This document shows positions 1 through 11,771 of a stretch of DNA of 64,000 nucleotides, piece after piece. The translations under genes were made by a program, and so were the position numbers. The notes beneath the pieces are model-generated. The model worked only from the letters and a program-made list of their open reading frames with translations. It was not told the DNA's origin and did not search any database. The stretch's first letter is position 1; each line of letters begins with the position of its first letter. The stretch is from Thermodesulfobacteriota bacterium. Its GTDB lineage: Bacteria; Desulfobacterota_D; UBA1144; Nemesobacterales; JAJCZQ01. The stretch is from positions 960,001-1,024,000 of the forward strand of contig CBDBDR010000017.1 of the NCBI GenBank assembly GCA_965203965.1. Direction: 5' to 3'.

Positions 1-2
1 CT

Positions 3-641
3 TCTTCATCTGGTTTTGTTACCGAAGGCTATTACGTGGAATTGAGGGATCCGGAAAATACCGACAGAGTTATAACAAAAGCATGGAATCCCGATGAAGA
101 AGAAACCCCACTAGAAGAAACAAAAGGTCTCTTGTTTATAAAGCCATTAATTCCAAATACAACTCTCAACGAATACTTCAAAGACAAAAAACGCACCAGT
201 GAGGCATTTGATCCAGATGGATTTTTTAACTCGGACGACCTTTTCATAAGAGGTATTGACGACAGGTATTACTTTCAGGGTAGATACAGCAGGATAAGGG
301 TCTCCGGCGAGAACGTGGATCCAAACGCCGTTGCAAACTACGCATCACAGTATCCTCCAGTCCAAAATGCTGTGGCCATCGGGATAAGACTACCAGACGT
401 CTCGGATGACGAGATAAAATTAAATCTTACCCTGAAAGACGATGCAGAATTTGACAATATTCAGTTTTGTAAGTGGATGGCTGAAAGAGTTCCGGTGTAT
501 ATGGTTCCGAGATTTATTGAGATTTATAAAGAGTTTCCACTTACTTCAACTCAGAAAGTGAGCATGGATGGGCTAAAAAAAATCACCGATAACACTTGGG
601 ACAGGAATAGATCCGGAATTAAATTCAAAACAAGAAAATAG
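3..641 (+). CDS. AMP-binding acyl-CoA ligase (CaiC-like), 5'-truncated by the window edge
   Basis: Frame is open from base 3 (SSSGFVTEGYYVELRD). Motifs GFFNSDD, GRYSRIRVSGENV, PRFIE and FPLTSTQK. Close paralog of 2034..3755. Confidence 0.85.
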   Translation, partial: SSSGFVTEGYYVELRDPENTDRVITKAWNPDEEETPLEETKGLLFIKPLIPNTTLNEYFKDKKRTSEAFDPDGFFNSDDLFIRGIDDRYYFQGRYSRIRVSGENVDPNAVANYASQYPPVQNAVAIGIRLPDVSDDEIKLNLTLKDDAEFDNIQFCKWMAERVPVYMVPRFIEIYKEFPLTSTQKVSMDGLKKITDNTWDRNRSGIKFKTRK

Positions 642-646
642 TCCAA

Positions 647-1597
647 TTACCACAAAATAGCCCAAAGATAAACCACGTAGTAAATAAGCAATAAAATCCC
701 GCAAAGTCTTGAGAGACTTTTACCGACACACATCATCAGGTAAACCAACAAACTTAATGCGAGCATTACGGGTAAATCAAACTTAACTGCAGATAGGTTT
801 ACATTAATTGGGCTTATCAATACAACAAGTCCGAGTATTCCAAGATTAAAAATATTACTTCCTATCACATTGCCAACAATTATTTCATGCTCTTTTTTTA
901 ATGAAGCAATTACGGCAGTTGAGAGTTCCGGCAAGGAAGTGCCAACTGCGATTATCGTAAGACCTACAAGAAGCTCGCTAACACCAAACGATCTGGCAAA
1001 TATTATTGCCTGATCAACAGTTACACGAGCACCTACAAGGAGTAGTGCCAATCCAATCAAAATAATCAAAAGCTGAAACAGTGATTTTTTTGCGAAAATA
1101 CTCGGCACACTACTTTGAACATCTTCATTTTTTGATCTTAAATTCGTGAAATATAGATAAACGATTATTGCTATGAGAAACAAAAAGAGAATTGAACCTT
1201 CTACTCGTCCCATACTGCTATTCAGGGAAAAAATAAAGCAAAGAACGCTCAAAGCTATCATAAAAGGTGTATGTATTTTCAGAATTGACGACTCAATCTT
1301 GACAGGTCTTATAACCGAAGACACTCCAAGAATTAATGCAATATTGGAGATATTACTCCCGATAATATTCCCAATTGTTATATCACCTGAGCCTTCTAAC
1401 GCAGCTATAAGACAAACTATAAACTCAGGTGATGAAGTGCCAAACGCTACAATGGTAAGCCCAACTACTACTGGATTTATTCCAATCCCTCTGGCAAACC
1501 CCGAAGAGCCCCTTACCAGCATTTCGCCTCCGGCAATCAACCCAGCAATACCAAGAATGAACAAGGCTATACTGACAAACAAAGCAGAACTAATCAT
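647..1597 (-). CDS. Calcium/sodium antiporter (YrbG / CaCA family)
   Basis: Two alpha repeats (GTSSPE...GNIIGSNI and GTSLPE...GNVIGSNIFN); about 10 hydrophobic segments. Confidence 0.9.
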   Translation of the reverse strand: MISSALFVSIALFILGIAGLIAGGEMLVRGSSGFARGIGINPVVVGLTIVAFGTSSPEFIVCLIAALEGSGDITIGNIIGSNISNIALILGVSSVIRPVKIESSILKIHTPFMIALSVLCFIFSLNSSMGRVEGSILFLFLIAIIVYLYFTNLRSKNEDVQSSVPSIFAKKSLFQLLIILIGLALLLVGARVTVDQAIIFARSFGVSELLVGLTIIAVGTSLPELSTAVIASLKKEHEIIVGNVIGSNIFNLGILGLVVLISPINVNLSAVKFDLPVMLALSLLVYLMMCVGKSLSRLCGILLLIYYVVYLWAILW

Positions 1598-2033
1598 TTA
1601 AGTGTTTGAAATTTAAGAGATGCAAATTTGATACCCGAATTTTTATCGGATGTTCACTATTCTTTTATATTCATCTATACTAACCTGTAATTCAAACCAA
1701 TCAGCAAATCATAATTGTTATCTGCATTTAATCAAATCTCTACCTATGAACAAACTAAGAGAAACATTAGAAGAAACGCTAAAGTGCGAAAAGGTATTTT
1801 TAGATAGTGAAACTGATTAAGTTGATTATAGACCAACTAACCACCAAATCCGTACAAGATGCACATTGTTCAAACAGTAGAATAAATAAGCATCTGGGCT
1901 GAAGACATGTCCATCCACCACAATTATTGAAATTATTCCGTTTTTGAGATAAACTGACTTTTTACAGTTTTAATTCAGAGAGTTTTAGAATAGTTTCTTT
2001 GAATTTGTCAACTATCTAATTAGGAGGAAAAGA

Positions 2034-3755
2034 ATGCGTCTATTATTCAGACCAAGAGATCCCAAATATACAGGCAGTGGAAATCTACCGTTCGGTAATT
2101 TTGAAAATACCCTTGAATGGAAACCTATAACAAACTGTCTGGAACAAGGAGCAGAAATATTTCCCGAAAAACCAATGTTCAAAGTCGGCGACAGAGACGG
2201 GAACGTAGTTGAATCTTATACTTATAAAGAAACAAACGACTGGTCAAACAGAGTTTCAAACGGATTGATTAAAGATTTTGGCGTTTGTAAAGGTGATAAA
2301 GTCGGTATGTATATGCTCAACTGCTCGCAGTACGTAGTATCAATAATTGCTATTCACAAAGCAGGTGCAGTTCAGGTTCCCATTAACAAGGATGAAAAAG
2401 GCGAGAGGCTTGCTTATGTAATTAACTATTCAGAGATGAAATCTCTCATAATTGATCAGGGCAGCATAGAATTTTTGGAAGAGATAGCAGACAGTATAGA
2501 AAATCTTGAGGTTATTTTTGTAACTTCCGACAGTACTCCTGAAAAAATAGGCAATATAAAAGTCCTTCCTTTTTCAGAATTTAATAATTATGACTCCAGC
2601 AATCCCGGAGTGGAAGTTTTATCGGATGATATGGAAAGATGTATGTTTACCTCCGGTACTACGGGCATGCCAAAGGGTGTTGCACGGGACCACGGAGGTG
2701 TAGTTATGACGGTGCGCAGCTATTTACAACAACAGGGTGTAAGGAGCGAAGATACTCTTATGAGCGTCCTATCACTTGGACATGCCAATGCACAGGTTAT
2801 GTGTCTTTTCAGTGCCATGGGTGCTGGTGCGACAGCAGTATTTTTCCCAAGGTTTTCAGCATCCAACTTCTGGAAATGGGCAACCAACTGCGAGGCAACA
2901 TGCGTAAACATGTTGGGTGCCGTAGCTGAATATCTGTGGGCTGCATCTGAATCAGAATGGGATAAGAAACATAAAGTCAGAATTATGCTTGGTTCTCCGG
3001 CTCCGAGGAATCTGCCGGAGTTTCAGGAGAGATTTGGAGTTAGGGTAATTGACGGCTACGGATCAACTGAAATGGGCATGGTTCTCTGGAAAGACCCCGA
3101 AGACCATAGGACTGGATCTTCCGGTTTTGCCATGGAAGGTTACTATGTTGAGTTGAGAAATCCTGAAAATACGGATGAAGTGGTAAGACCTTTTTGGAAT
3201 CCAACAGACGACATAACTCCCCCAGATGATGCAAAGGGTCTCTTGTTTATCAAACCCCTTGTTCCACACACAACACTGAACGAGTATTTTAAGGACGAGA
3301 GAAGAACGAGAGAAGCATTTGATGATGAGGGATTTTTTAATTCAGATGATATTTTTGCAAGAGGAATAGATGGAAGATACTACTTTGTGGGAAGATATAG
3401 CAGGATAAGGGTTTCAGGCGAAAACGTGGATCCGGTTGCAGTGCAAGACGTCGCAAACGAATACCCCGCAATACAAGAAGCAATCGCCGTGGGAATTAGA
3501 CTTCCAAATGTTTCAGATGATGAGATTAAACTCTGCGTTACAGTTAAGCAGGGTGAAAATTTCGATCCGGTTGAGTTCAGCCACTGGATGGCAGAAAAAG
3601 TTATGGTTGCCATGGTTCCAAGATTTATTGAGATATATGAAGATGGTTTCCCTGTAACGGCAACACAGAAAATAAAGGTTGCCGAGATTAAGGAAATAAC
3701 AGACAAGACATGGGACAGAAACAAAGCCGGTATAAAATTTAGTGCAAGAAAATAA
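2034..3755 (+). CDS. AMP-binding acyl-CoA ligase (CaiC/crotonobetaine-CoA ligase-like)
   Basis: FTSGTTGMPKG AMP-binding loop, GYGSTE, terminal TATQKIK; AGGAGG SD upstream. Confidence 0.9.
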   Translation: MRLLFRPRDPKYTGSGNLPFGNFENTLEWKPITNCLEQGAEIFPEKPMFKVGDRDGNVVESYTYKETNDWSNRVSNGLIKDFGVCKGDKVGMYMLNCSQYVVSIIAIHKAGAVQVPINKDEKGERLAYVINYSEMKSLIIDQGSIEFLEEIADSIENLEVIFVTSDSTPEKIGNIKVLPFSEFNNYDSSNPGVEVLSDDMERCMFTSGTTGMPKGVARDHGGVVMTVRSYLQQQGVRSEDTLMSVLSLGHANAQVMCLFSAMGAGATAVFFPRFSASNFWKWATNCEATCVNMLGAVAEYLWAASESEWDKKHKVRIMLGSPAPRNLPEFQERFGVRVIDGYGSTEMGMVLWKDPEDHRTGSSGFAMEGYYVELRNPENTDEVVRPFWNPTDDITPPDDAKGLLFIKPLVPHTTLNEYFKDERRTREAFDDEGFFNSDDIFARGIDGRYYFVGRYSRIRVSGENVDPVAVQDVANEYPAIQEAIAVGIRLPNVSDDEIKLCVTVKQGENFDPVEFSHWMAEKVMVAMVPRFIEIYEDGFPVTATQKIKVAEIKEITDKTWDRNKAGIKFSARK

Positions 3756-4220
3756 GTGGAACTAAATCTGGATGAAAAATTTATGCGCCTTGCACTTAAG
3801 GAAGCAGAAGAGGCAAGGCGCCTGAATGAAATCCCGGTGGGTGCCGTTTTAACTGATAAAGATCATAATATTATTTCAAAAGCTCACAACCTTAGGGAGT
3901 CCACGCAAAATCCACTTTCTCATGCCGAAATTCTAGTTATTGAACAAGCCTCAAAAAAACTGAACAGTTGGAGACTTCTCAATACTACTCTATACGTTAC
4001 TCTGGAACCGTGCGTTATGTGCATGGGAGCTATAGTAACCTCTCGTATTGAAACAGTTGTATTTGGAACGACTGATCCAAAAGCCGGTGCACTGGTGAGT
4101 AACTATAAAATCGGTCTAGATAAAAAATCCAATCACTCAATTAATTACAGGAAGGAAATTCTTGCCGATAAATGCAATCGGTTGCTAAAAGAATTCTTTA
4201 ACAAGTTGAGAAATAAGTAA
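3756..4220 (+). CDS. tadA: tRNA adenosine(34) deaminase
   Basis: EIPVGAV, HAE and TLEPCVMC deaminase motifs; DPKAGA. Confidence 0.9.
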   Translation: MELNLDEKFMRLALKEAEEARRLNEIPVGAVLTDKDHNIISKAHNLRESTQNPLSHAEILVIEQASKKLNSWRLLNTTLYVTLEPCVMCMGAIVTSRIETVVFGTTDPKAGALVSNYKIGLDKKSNHSINYRKEILADKCNRLLKEFFNKLRNK

Positions 4221-4318
4221 CCATTTAAGAAACAAACCATTATTATCTATTATTTTCAAAAACTCCGTTTTCAGAATCCCTGCTTGCCCATACTACAAAA
4301 GCTAACAAACAAAAGTGG

Positions 4319-4969
4319 TTAGTTTCTGTTGTCTGCCGATTTTAGCAATATTTTCTTGGAATTACCATCAGCAACAGTTTCAAATATAATATCACTCTGT
4401 CTTCTAAGGACAATATAAGCCAAACGCCTTTCAGTGGCAGACATCTGGTTTAAATAAAGTTTTTTCTTTGTTTTTCTTACTTCGTGAACTGCATCCAACA
4501 CTACTTTATTAATACTTTCTTCCTTTTTACTTATATATCCACCAACATCTATGTAGACCTTTTTATTCCTGTTCATCTTACAGTTATTCGCTGCCATTCT
4601 GCTAACAAGATGTTCAAGAGCTCTCAGAGTTTCACCTCGCCTACCGATCAACAGACCCTTTTCGCTACTCATATTAATATCCAGTTTGATCACGTCCGAA
4701 TCCTCTCTAAGGACAACTGAATAAGTAGATATAAGATAATTCAGTATGCTTTCCAGTGCCTTCTTAGCTTTTAATCCCTTTTCGCTGACGACATCGCTTG
4801 CAACTGTTACCTTCACCCTTGCAAGTCTTTCTCCAACCCCGAACACTCCTCTTGATGCTTCCCGTATAACTTCAATTTCAACTTCATTTCTTGATATACC
4901 CAACTCCTCACACGCACTTATTATTGCTTCAGATACCGTTTTGCCCTCTTTTTCAATTGCAATTGCCAT
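4319..4969 (-). CDS. khpB: RNA-binding protein Jag/KhpB (Jag_N-KH-R3H)
   Basis: EGKTVSEAI, LIGRRGETL KH motif, MSATERR R3H-like; follows yidC. Start moved to ATG 4969 because of the AAGGAG SD. Confidence 0.85.
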   Translation of the reverse strand: MAIAIEKEGKTVSEAIISACEELGISRNEVEIEVIREASRGVFGVGERLARVKVTVASDVVSEKGLKAKKALESILNYLISTYSVVLREDSDVIKLDINMSSEKGLLIGRRGETLRALEHLVSRMAANNCKMNRNKKVYIDVGGYISKKEESINKVVLDAVHEVRKTKKKLYLNQMSATERRLAYIVLRRQSDIIFETVADGNSKKILLKSADNRN

Positions 4970-4973
4970 TTCT

Positions 4974-6656
4974 TTATACTCCTTTTTCACCGGCGTGAAC
5001 AGTTCTGTTGATATATACCTGTTGACCTATGGAAAGAATATTACTTACAGTCCAATACAGTATCAACCCCGAAGGCAATCCCCAAAACATAACCGTAAAT
5101 ACGATCGGCAGAAACTGCATAATCTTCATTTGCAACTCCATGCTCTCACTCGTAGGGGCAACGTTTGTCGGTGTCATTTTCTGAGAAACAAACCACGATA
5201 TGCCCATTGCCAAAGGTAGTATTCTAAAAGGAAGAACAAAATCTCCGAATATTGGTATATCAAACAAGTATTCAGGCTCCGCAAGGTCTCTTATCCACAG
5301 GAAAGAGCTTTGTCTTAAATCTATTGAATACAAAAGCACATCGTATAATGCCACAAAAACTGGTAGCTGAAGCAACAATGGAAAACATCCTCCAAGACTG
5401 CTTAAAGGATTAACCCCGTGACCGGTGTAAAGTTTCATAAGTTCTGTATTCTGTTTTGTCTTATCATCTTTGTATTTCTCTTTCATTGCATCAATTTTAG
5501 GTTTAAGTTCTACCATCTTTGCTTGCATTGCTTTCATAGATCTCATGCTCTTCAGCGTTAGGGGAAGGAACAAGACACGCAGTATCACCGTGATAGCAAT
5601 AATAGAGATGCCGTAATTGTGAAATACAGAGTTCAATATCTTCAAAAATCTTAAAGCCAATTTTGCAAGAAAACTTATCCATCCGTAGTTTATTGACTGC
5701 TCCAAACCGTAACCAACGGACTTTAAATTTTCTGGCTCCTTCGGACCAATGTAAAACTTCCATTTTGTTGTATTACTGTAACCACTGTTAACACTATCTT
5801 CGGGATAGGAAAATTCTGCATTTACCAGACCTTTTTTCTCTATACTGTTAATCAGTACCGAACTGTTACTTCCCGTTTCCGGTATAACTGCGGTAAGAAA
5901 ATACTTGTCTCCAAATCCAAACCAATTTACCTGTCCGCTCACTCGCTCGGACTGACTTGGAGGTTTTGAGATTTTTCTGAGTTCATTATTGACAAAAACA
6001 TACAACTCATTGCTGCTCTCACCTCTACCCTGAGCTTCTATCTTTCCAAATGTCTGAAAATCAATATTGAAATCTTGTTTGACGGCGCTTTTATTGTTTA
6101 CGGTAATAGATTCTTCAATTAAATAGTTTTCGGCATCAAATTCTATTGTTTTTACTACTTCTACACCACTATTGCTCAAGTATTTCAGGGTTATACCCTT
6201 GTTTTCATTATCAAGCTCTATGTTGTCGTTACCACTAAATTGGTAGGGAATTAGAGAAGGTATTGCATGCTGTTTTAAATTAACCGTGGAAAAAATCCGG
6301 TTCTTTCCATTTATCAAATTCACAGACGGCGAATCCTCTTCGGTAGTCTGATTGTAGTCTTTAAGTTTCCATTCCATTACTCTTCCGCCCAATGCATCTA
6401 TTTTTGCTTCATAGAGAGAAGAGGTAACGTCTATAACCGCTCCCTGAAAATTGTTCTGAACAAGCGACTTGTATTTTACGGAACTATCGGAAGGTGCCGA
6501 TTCTTTTACCAGCGACTGCTGAGTTTGTTGAGAAACTGGAGGAGTCTGACTGTTCTTTTGTTGTGGCTTATTACCAAAAAGATACTGGAATCCAAAGATA
6601 ACAATGAATGAAAGAACCAGGAATATAACGTAGTTAAATGTTAACTTGCTATTCAT
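4974..6656 (-). CDS. yidC: Membrane protein insertase YidC
   Basis: [38 protein letters not shown]. Start set at ATG 6656, which overlaps the yidD stop. Confidence 0.95.
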   Translation of the reverse strand: MNSKLTFNYVIFLVLSFIVIFGFQYLFGNKPQQKNSQTPPVSQQTQQSLVKESAPSDSSVKYKSLVQNNFQGAVIDVTSSLYEAKIDALGGRVMEWKLKDYNQTTEEDSPSVNLINGKNRIFSTVNLKQHAIPSLIPYQFSGNDNIELDNENKGITLKYLSNSGVEVVKTIEFDAENYLIEESITVNNKSAVKQDFNIDFQTFGKIEAQGRGESSNELYVFVNNELRKISKPPSQSERVSGQVNWFGFGDKYFLTAVIPETGSNSSVLINSIEKKGLVNAEFSYPEDSVNSGYSNTTKWKFYIGPKEPENLKSVGYGLEQSINYGWISFLAKLALRFLKILNSVFHNYGISIIAITVILRVLFLPLTLKSMRSMKAMQAKMVELKPKIDAMKEKYKDDKTKQNTELMKLYTGHGVNPLSSLGGCFPLLLQLPVFVALYDVLLYSIDLRQSSFLWIRDLAEPEYLFDIPIFGDFVLPFRILPLAMGISWFVSQKMTPTNVAPTSESMELQMKIMQFLPIVFTVMFWGLPSGLILYWTVSNILSIGQQVYINRTVHAGEKGV

Positions 6657-6894
6657 CTTCTTTAATTGCCGGATCATAACCACCGGAACATAAGGGATTA
6701 CATTTTATTATCCTTTTGAAACTCATCCATATTCCCGCAAAAAATCCATACTCAAGCAATGATAGCCTGGAGTATTCAGAGCAGGAAGGATAAAACCTAC
6801 AGGAATTAGGTAATAAAGGGGAAATAACCAACTTATAGGATTTAATAATTAACAACAAAAGTTTTAAGCAAACCTGCTCAATCATCTCTGCCAA
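6649..6894 (-). CDS. yidD: Membrane protein insertion efficiency factor
   Basis: [10 protein letters not shown]...RIIKCNP..GGYDP signature; conserved synteny. Confidence 0.95.
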   Translation of the reverse strand: MAEMIEQVCLKLLLLIIKSYKLVISPLLPNSCRFYPSCSEYSRLSLLEYGFFAGIWMSFKRIIKCNPLCSGGYDPAIKEDE

Positions 6895-7243
6895 ATCTTT
6901 TGGAATGTTTTATATCTTCCTCGATCATTTCCGGCTTCCAACTTGAAATATTTTTTTTGCATATAAACAAAATGTCTTTGGAGCCCCAAAAGGATTTATT
7001 ACTCCTGAAACACTCTCTAAAAAGTCGCTTGACTCTGTTTCTTACAACAGCCTTTTTTGAAATCTTTTTGCTGACAATATATCCAACTCTGGAGTAACCT
7101 AAGTTATTAGAACTATACAATAAATCAAAACTCTTGAGCCTAACTCTCTTCCCGGATTTTAATAATTGCTCAAAATCTTTATTTCTGTGTAAAACTCGCC
7201 ACTTCGGGAGATTATTACCCAAACCCCCTTTTATTTTTTCCAT
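6878..7243 (-). CDS. rnpA: Ribonuclease P protein component
   Basis: [26 protein letters not shown] motif; synteny. Confidence 0.95.
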   Translation of the reverse strand: MEKIKGGLGNNLPKWRVLHRNKDFEQLLKSGKRVRLKSFDLLYSSNNLGYSRVGYIVSKKISKKAVVRNRVKRLFRECFRSNKSFWGSKDILFICKKNISSWKPEMIEEDIKHSKRFGRDD

Positions 7244-7380
7244 TTTTGCACGGTGAGGACGTGCCTACCTTTCGCCAATCTTCTCTTTAGAACGCGTCTT
7301 CCTGCTTTAGTCCCGATTCTTTCACGAAACCCATGAGTTCTCATTCGTTTTTTTACGTGTGGTTGATATGTCCTTTTCAT
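7231..7380 (-). CDS. rpmH: 50S ribosomal protein L34 (49 aa; not in the ORF track)
   Basis: Hand translation [49 protein letters not shown], upstream of rnpA. Confidence 0.97.
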   Translation of the reverse strand: MKRTYQPHVKKRMRTHGFRERIGTKAGRRVLKRRLAKGRHVLTVQKWKK

Positions 7381-7587
7381 CTCTATTTCGGTTCCTAAAA
7401 CTAACATTATTTATTTTGTTGGTCAAGAAAACGTGTTACATCATTTTGCTGTATCACCTACCAAATTAAAGTAAAATCAAAGACGGTTCAACAAAATATT
7501 TTTGAGTTGTATAAATATTTTTTATGTGCTATTAATAAAATCAGATAGGATGAGGAATGTTAGACTCATAAAATATATATCAGATAA

Positions 7588-8283
7588 ATGAAAGAAAATA
7601 CAAAATATATTTTTACAAGATCGTTAGTTTGCATGAAAGCTAAAAGAGATCGTCTTTCCTCATATAAGGGTTTTTTTTATGCCTTTCTTTTTATATTGTT
7701 AATAAACTTAGCTGGCATTAGCTTTGTGCTGTTAAGCTCAGAAAACAAGGATATCCCCAGTAACAGAGCCAATATATCTAAAAAAATCAGCACACCTTAT
7801 AACGTTTTTGATGAAGAACTCGAGATATTCCAGAAAGTAATGGCAAGTTCCAATTTGAAGCCGGAAGTTGCAATGGATATTGCAAGTGTAATACACTCTA
7901 AAAGCAATGAGTATGGTATAGAACCTCTGCTGGTGCTGTCTGTAATTCAGACAGAAAGCAACTTTAGAACCAGTGTAAACTCGCATAAAGGTGCAAGAGG
8001 AATAATGCAAATTATGCCCTTAACGGGTAGATACATAGCAAAAAAATACGGCATTCCTTTCAAAAACCACAAACAACTTTATAATCCTGTTACAAACATA
8101 GAGTTGGGCATTGCATATCTTTCTTATCTTAACAATCGTTATGAGAATAACTTAGAATATGCCCTTTTTGCTTATAATCACGGACCTAAAAGTAGGAGCT
8201 ATATTAAAAAAAAATTCATGAATTCCAAACCTCACTACGTTGAAAAGGTTATTAAGTCCAAACAGTTTTTTGAAAACCCCTAG
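7588..8283 (+). CDS. Lytic transglycosylase (SLT domain, N-terminal TM anchor)
   Basis: IQTESNF, SHKGARGIMQIMP, NIELGIAYL, AYNHGP. Confidence 0.9.
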   Translation: MKENTKYIFTRSLVCMKAKRDRLSSYKGFFYAFLFILLINLAGISFVLLSSENKDIPSNRANISKKISTPYNVFDEELEIFQKVMASSNLKPEVAMDIASVIHSKSNEYGIEPLLVLSVIQTESNFRTSVNSHKGARGIMQIMPLTGRYIAKKYGIPFKNHKQLYNPVTNIELGIAYLSYLNNRYENNLEYALFAYNHGPKSRSYIKKKFMNSKPHYVEKVIKSKQFFENP

Positions 8284-8429
8284 GTAAGCCAGAAGAGACT
8301 ATTAACAATTTAATACCTAAATTGATCACTCAGTTGAATCACGCAATCTTAAATTGACATTCGTGTACAATTTTTCATAATAATTATGCTGTTTAGTTTT
8401 TATCAAAAACTCTGTTTCTACTATTAATC

Positions 8430-8648
8430 ATGATCTTGGAAGGTTTTAAATTAATAATTTTGGGAATGGTAATAGTTTATGTTTTTCTGATAGTTTTGCT
8501 TGGGTTAATCAGTCTTTCAGCAAAAACTCTTAAAAATCGAGTATCGGCAACTCCATCCAAGGGTTCATATTCCACAAGAAAAGACAATGACCTAATAGCG
8601 GTGCTTTCAGCTTCCATATCAGCTTATAGGAAAAAGAATTTAAGGTAG
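8430..8648 (+). CDS. oadG: Oxaloacetate decarboxylase gamma subunit
   Basis: GMVIVYVFLIVL TM helix and IAVLSASI tail; first gene of oadGAB. Confidence 0.85.
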   Translation: MILEGFKLIILGMVIVYVFLIVLLGLISLSAKTLKNRVSATPSKGSYSTRKDNDLIAVLSASISAYRKKNLR

Positions 8649-8660
8649 TAGGGTGAAATT

Positions 8661-10463
8661 ATGAAAAAAATATTATTTCAGGATACCTCTTTCAGGGATG
8701 GGTTTCAATCGTTTTTTGGTGCAAGGGTACTGACCGAAGATTTTATTCCAGCCGTTCAGGCTGCCGCTCATGCAGGCATTACCCATTTTGAAGCAGGTGG
8801 GGGAGCAAGATTTCAAAGCCTTTTTTTGTATTGTGGGGAATCTGCTTTTGATATGATGGATAAATTTCGCGAGGCTGTAGGTCCCGATGCAAACTTGCAA
8901 ACACTCGCAAGGGGCATAAATGTTGTTGCGCTTTCACAACAACCCAAAGATATGATTGATCTTCACGCCAAAATGTTTAAGAAGCATGGTATCACTCATA
9001 TAAGAAACTTTGACGCATTGAATGACGTTAGAAATCTTGAATATTCGGCAGAATGTATAAAAAATTCTGGACTACACCACCAAGCCGTCGTAACACTCAT
9101 GGAACTTCCCCCGGGATGCGCCGGGGCGCATGACGTTGACTTTTACATAAAGACTTTAAGGCAAATATTAGACTCGGGACTACCTTTTGACTCAATTTGC
9201 TTTAAGGACGCTTCTGGAACATCAAAACCGAATAAAATTTATGAAACCATAAAAGCTGCCAGAAAACTGTTGGGCGATGATACAATCTTATGGATGCACA
9301 CGCATGAAACAGCCTCTCAAGGCGTTTCCCAATACCTCGCAGCTATAAACGGCGGATGTGACGGTATATGCGTGGCGAGGTCTCCGGTTTCCGGTGGAAC
9401 CTCACAACCCGATCTGATCTCTATGTGGAATGCACTGAAGGACACTGAATACACTCTCGACATAGACGTAAATAAAATACTTGAAGCAAATTCAGTTTTT
9501 AAAGAGCAGATGAAAGACTATTACTTTCCTCCTGAGGCTTTAAAGGTCTCTTCAGAAGTGCTCGTGTCTCCTATGCCAGGGGGTGCACTAACAGCCAATA
9601 CAATGATGATGAGAGATACAGGCACTCTGCACCTGTATCCCCAAGTGATTGACGCAATGTCTGAATGTGTTGCAAAAGGAGGATTTGGAACATCAGTCAC
9701 GCCGGTTTCACAGTTCTATTTTCAACAGGCTTATACAAATGTAACGCAAGGAACATGGAAAAAAATAACCGAAGGTTATGGAAACATGGTCTTGGGTTAT
9801 TTCGGAAGAACACCTGTAGAACCTGACCCAGAAGTTGTGAAAATAGCCGAAGAGCAAATGGGAAAACCGAGATTTAAAGGTAATCCACTTGATATACTTG
9901 ACCCGGGCATACCAAAAGCAAAAACAACACTTGAACAAAATGGGTTAGAGGTCAATGATGAGAATGTATTTATAGTTGGTGCATTGGAAACTCCAGGAGG
10001 AAACAAAGGTTTAGAATTTCTCAAAGGCAATTTTTCAATCAACGTCAGAAAAGATACAGACGAGAAAACCTCTCAGGCAGCACCAAAAGTAAAAACGCCT
10101 TCATCATCCAAAACTGAAAATTTTGTAATTAATGTTGACGGTAAAGACTATAAAGTAAGGGTCAGGGAAGGAACAGCAGATATAAAAGATGTAGTTAAGA
10201 TGAAAGACCCCGAATCAAAACCTCAATCGGCAAATTCGGGCGATACCGTTGAAGTTATGTCAAGCGTTCCTGGAAATATATACAAGGTGGCAGTCAATAT
10301 AGGAGATGAGGTTAGTGAGAATGACACCCTGATAGTTCTTGAAGCTATGAAAATGGAAACACCCGTAGCTTCACCGTGTAAAGGGGAAATAGCCTCAATA
10401 GAAGTGGCACAGGGAGATGTTGTGGAAGCCGGACAAACTTTGCTAACAATAATACCGTCTTAG
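8661..10463 (+). CDS. oadA: Oxaloacetate decarboxylase alpha subunit (carboxyltransferase + biotinyl domain)
   Basis: DTSFRDGFQS, FKDASG, HTH, MPGG, VTPVSQ; EAMKME biotin motif. Confidence 0.9.
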   Translation: MKKILFQDTSFRDGFQSFFGARVLTEDFIPAVQAAAHAGITHFEAGGGARFQSLFLYCGESAFDMMDKFREAVGPDANLQTLARGINVVALSQQPKDMIDLHAKMFKKHGITHIRNFDALNDVRNLEYSAECIKNSGLHHQAVVTLMELPPGCAGAHDVDFYIKTLRQILDSGLPFDSICFKDASGTSKPNKIYETIKAARKLLGDDTILWMHTHETASQGVSQYLAAINGGCDGICVARSPVSGGTSQPDLISMWNALKDTEYTLDIDVNKILEANSVFKEQMKDYYFPPEALKVSSEVLVSPMPGGALTANTMMMRDTGTLHLYPQVIDAMSECVAKGGFGTSVTPVSQFYFQQAYTNVTQGTWKKITEGYGNMVLGYFGRTPVEPDPEVVKIAEEQMGKPRFKGNPLDILDPGIPKAKTTLEQNGLEVNDENVFIVGALETPGGNKGLEFLKGNFSINVRKDTDEKTSQAAPKVKTPSSSKTENFVINVDGKDYKVRVREGTADIKDVVKMKDPESKPQSANSGDTVEVMSSVPGNIYKVAVNIGDEVSENDTLIVLEAMKMETPVASPCKGEIASIEVAQGDVVEAGQTLLTIIPS

Positions 10464-10472
10464 ATTCAGATA

Positions 10473-11771
10473 ATGAAAATTGTAGCTTTTCTGCTCTTTA
10501 TACTAATTCCGCTCGGGCTGCTTATGGGCAATTCCACCTATGGATCTAAAACAGATCCAAGTATTGAAATATCCAGTCAGGAAGAAAATCCATCCTTACC
10601 TACTTTCGGAAAGCTCATATCAAACATAGCCGAATCCACTGGTATAAGTGGATTTATTCAGGGGAATAAGTATTCATGGACAGATGGTTTGGGACGGCTG
10701 ATTATGATATTTGTCGGCTTTCTGCTCCTTTATCTGGGAATCGCAAAGAAATTTGAACCATTGCTACTTGTAACCATCGCATTCGGCTGCATTTTATCAA
10801 ACATCCCGCTCGCCGGAATAAGCGAACCGGGAGGGGTTCTTTACTACGTATACGATATAGGAATTAAAACCGGTATTTTCCCGTTAATAATTTTTATGGG
10901 AGTTGGGGCATTAACCGATTTTGGGCCTCTACTCGCAAACCCCAAAACAATCCTGCTGGGGGGAGCTGCACAGTTTGGAATTTTTACAACGCTTGTGGGA
11001 GCCCTTGCACTTTCAGAATATGTTCCAGGAATTGACTTTTCATTCAAGGATGCCGCTTCAATAGGCATAATAGGCGGTGCAGATGGTCCTACTGCAATCT
11101 ATCTGTCGTCCCAGCTTTCTCCCAGACTCCTGGGAGCAATATCCGTAGCTGCATATTCATACATGGCACTTGTTCCTATAATTCAACCTCCAATAATGAA
11201 ACTTCTAACAACACAGGAAGAAAGAAAAATCAGAATGAAACAGCTAAGGCCTGTTGGAAAAGCCGAGAGAGTAATATTCCCCCTTATGGCTTTAACTCTC
11301 TGTGCTTTGCTGTTACCTTCCGCTGCACCTCTTATTGGATTTTTTATGTTTGGTAACTTAATGAGAGAGTGTGGAGTGGTTGAAAGGTTATCTGACACCA
11401 CACGTAATGCACTGATAAACATAACAACAATTTTTCTGGGTCTTGGAGTTGGTTCACAGCTACTGGCAAAGGAGTTTTTATCACTTGAGACACTGGGGAT
11501 TTTATTGCTTGGAATCATTGCTTTCAGTATAGGCACAGCTTCAGGAATACTGATGGCAAAACTTATGAACTTTTTCTCTTCAACAAAGGTCAACCCGTTA
11601 ATTGGCTCCGCTGGCGTTTCAGCTGTCCCCATGGCGGCAAGAGTCTCTCAAGATGTTGGTTCCAGAGAGGACCCTCAAAACGTTCTCCTAATGCACGCAA
11701 TGGGACCAAATGTTGCAGGCGTGGTAGGATCAGCAGTTGCGGCGGGAATGCTCCTCGCCGTCTTTCAGTAA
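10473..11771 (+). CDS. oadB: Na+-translocating decarboxylase beta subunit
   Basis: [45 protein letters not shown]. Confidence 0.95.
   Translation: MKIVAFLLFILIPLGLLMGNSTYGSKTDPSIEISSQEENPSLPTFGKLISNIAESTGISGFIQGNKYSWTDGLGRLIMIFVGFLLLYLGIAKKFEPLLLVTIAFGCILSNIPLAGISEPGGVLYYVYDIGIKTGIFPLIIFMGVGALTDFGPLLANPKTILLGGAAQFGIFTTLVGALALSEYVPGIDFSFKDAASIGIIGGADGPTAIYLSSQLSPRLLGAISVAAYSYMALVPIIQPPIMKLLTTQEERKIRMKQLRPVGKAERVIFPLMALTLCALLLPSAAPLIGFFMFGNLMRECGVVERLSDTTRNALINITTIFLGLGVGSQLLAKEFLSLETLGILLLGIIAFSIGTASGILMAKLMNFFSSTKVNPLIGSAGVSAVPMAARVSQDVGSREDPQNVLLMHAMGPNVAGVVGSAVAAGMLLAVFQ

Noticed and set aside
7381..7587. Possible oriC upstream of rpmH
   Set aside because: No TTATCCACA-type box cluster and no dnaA.
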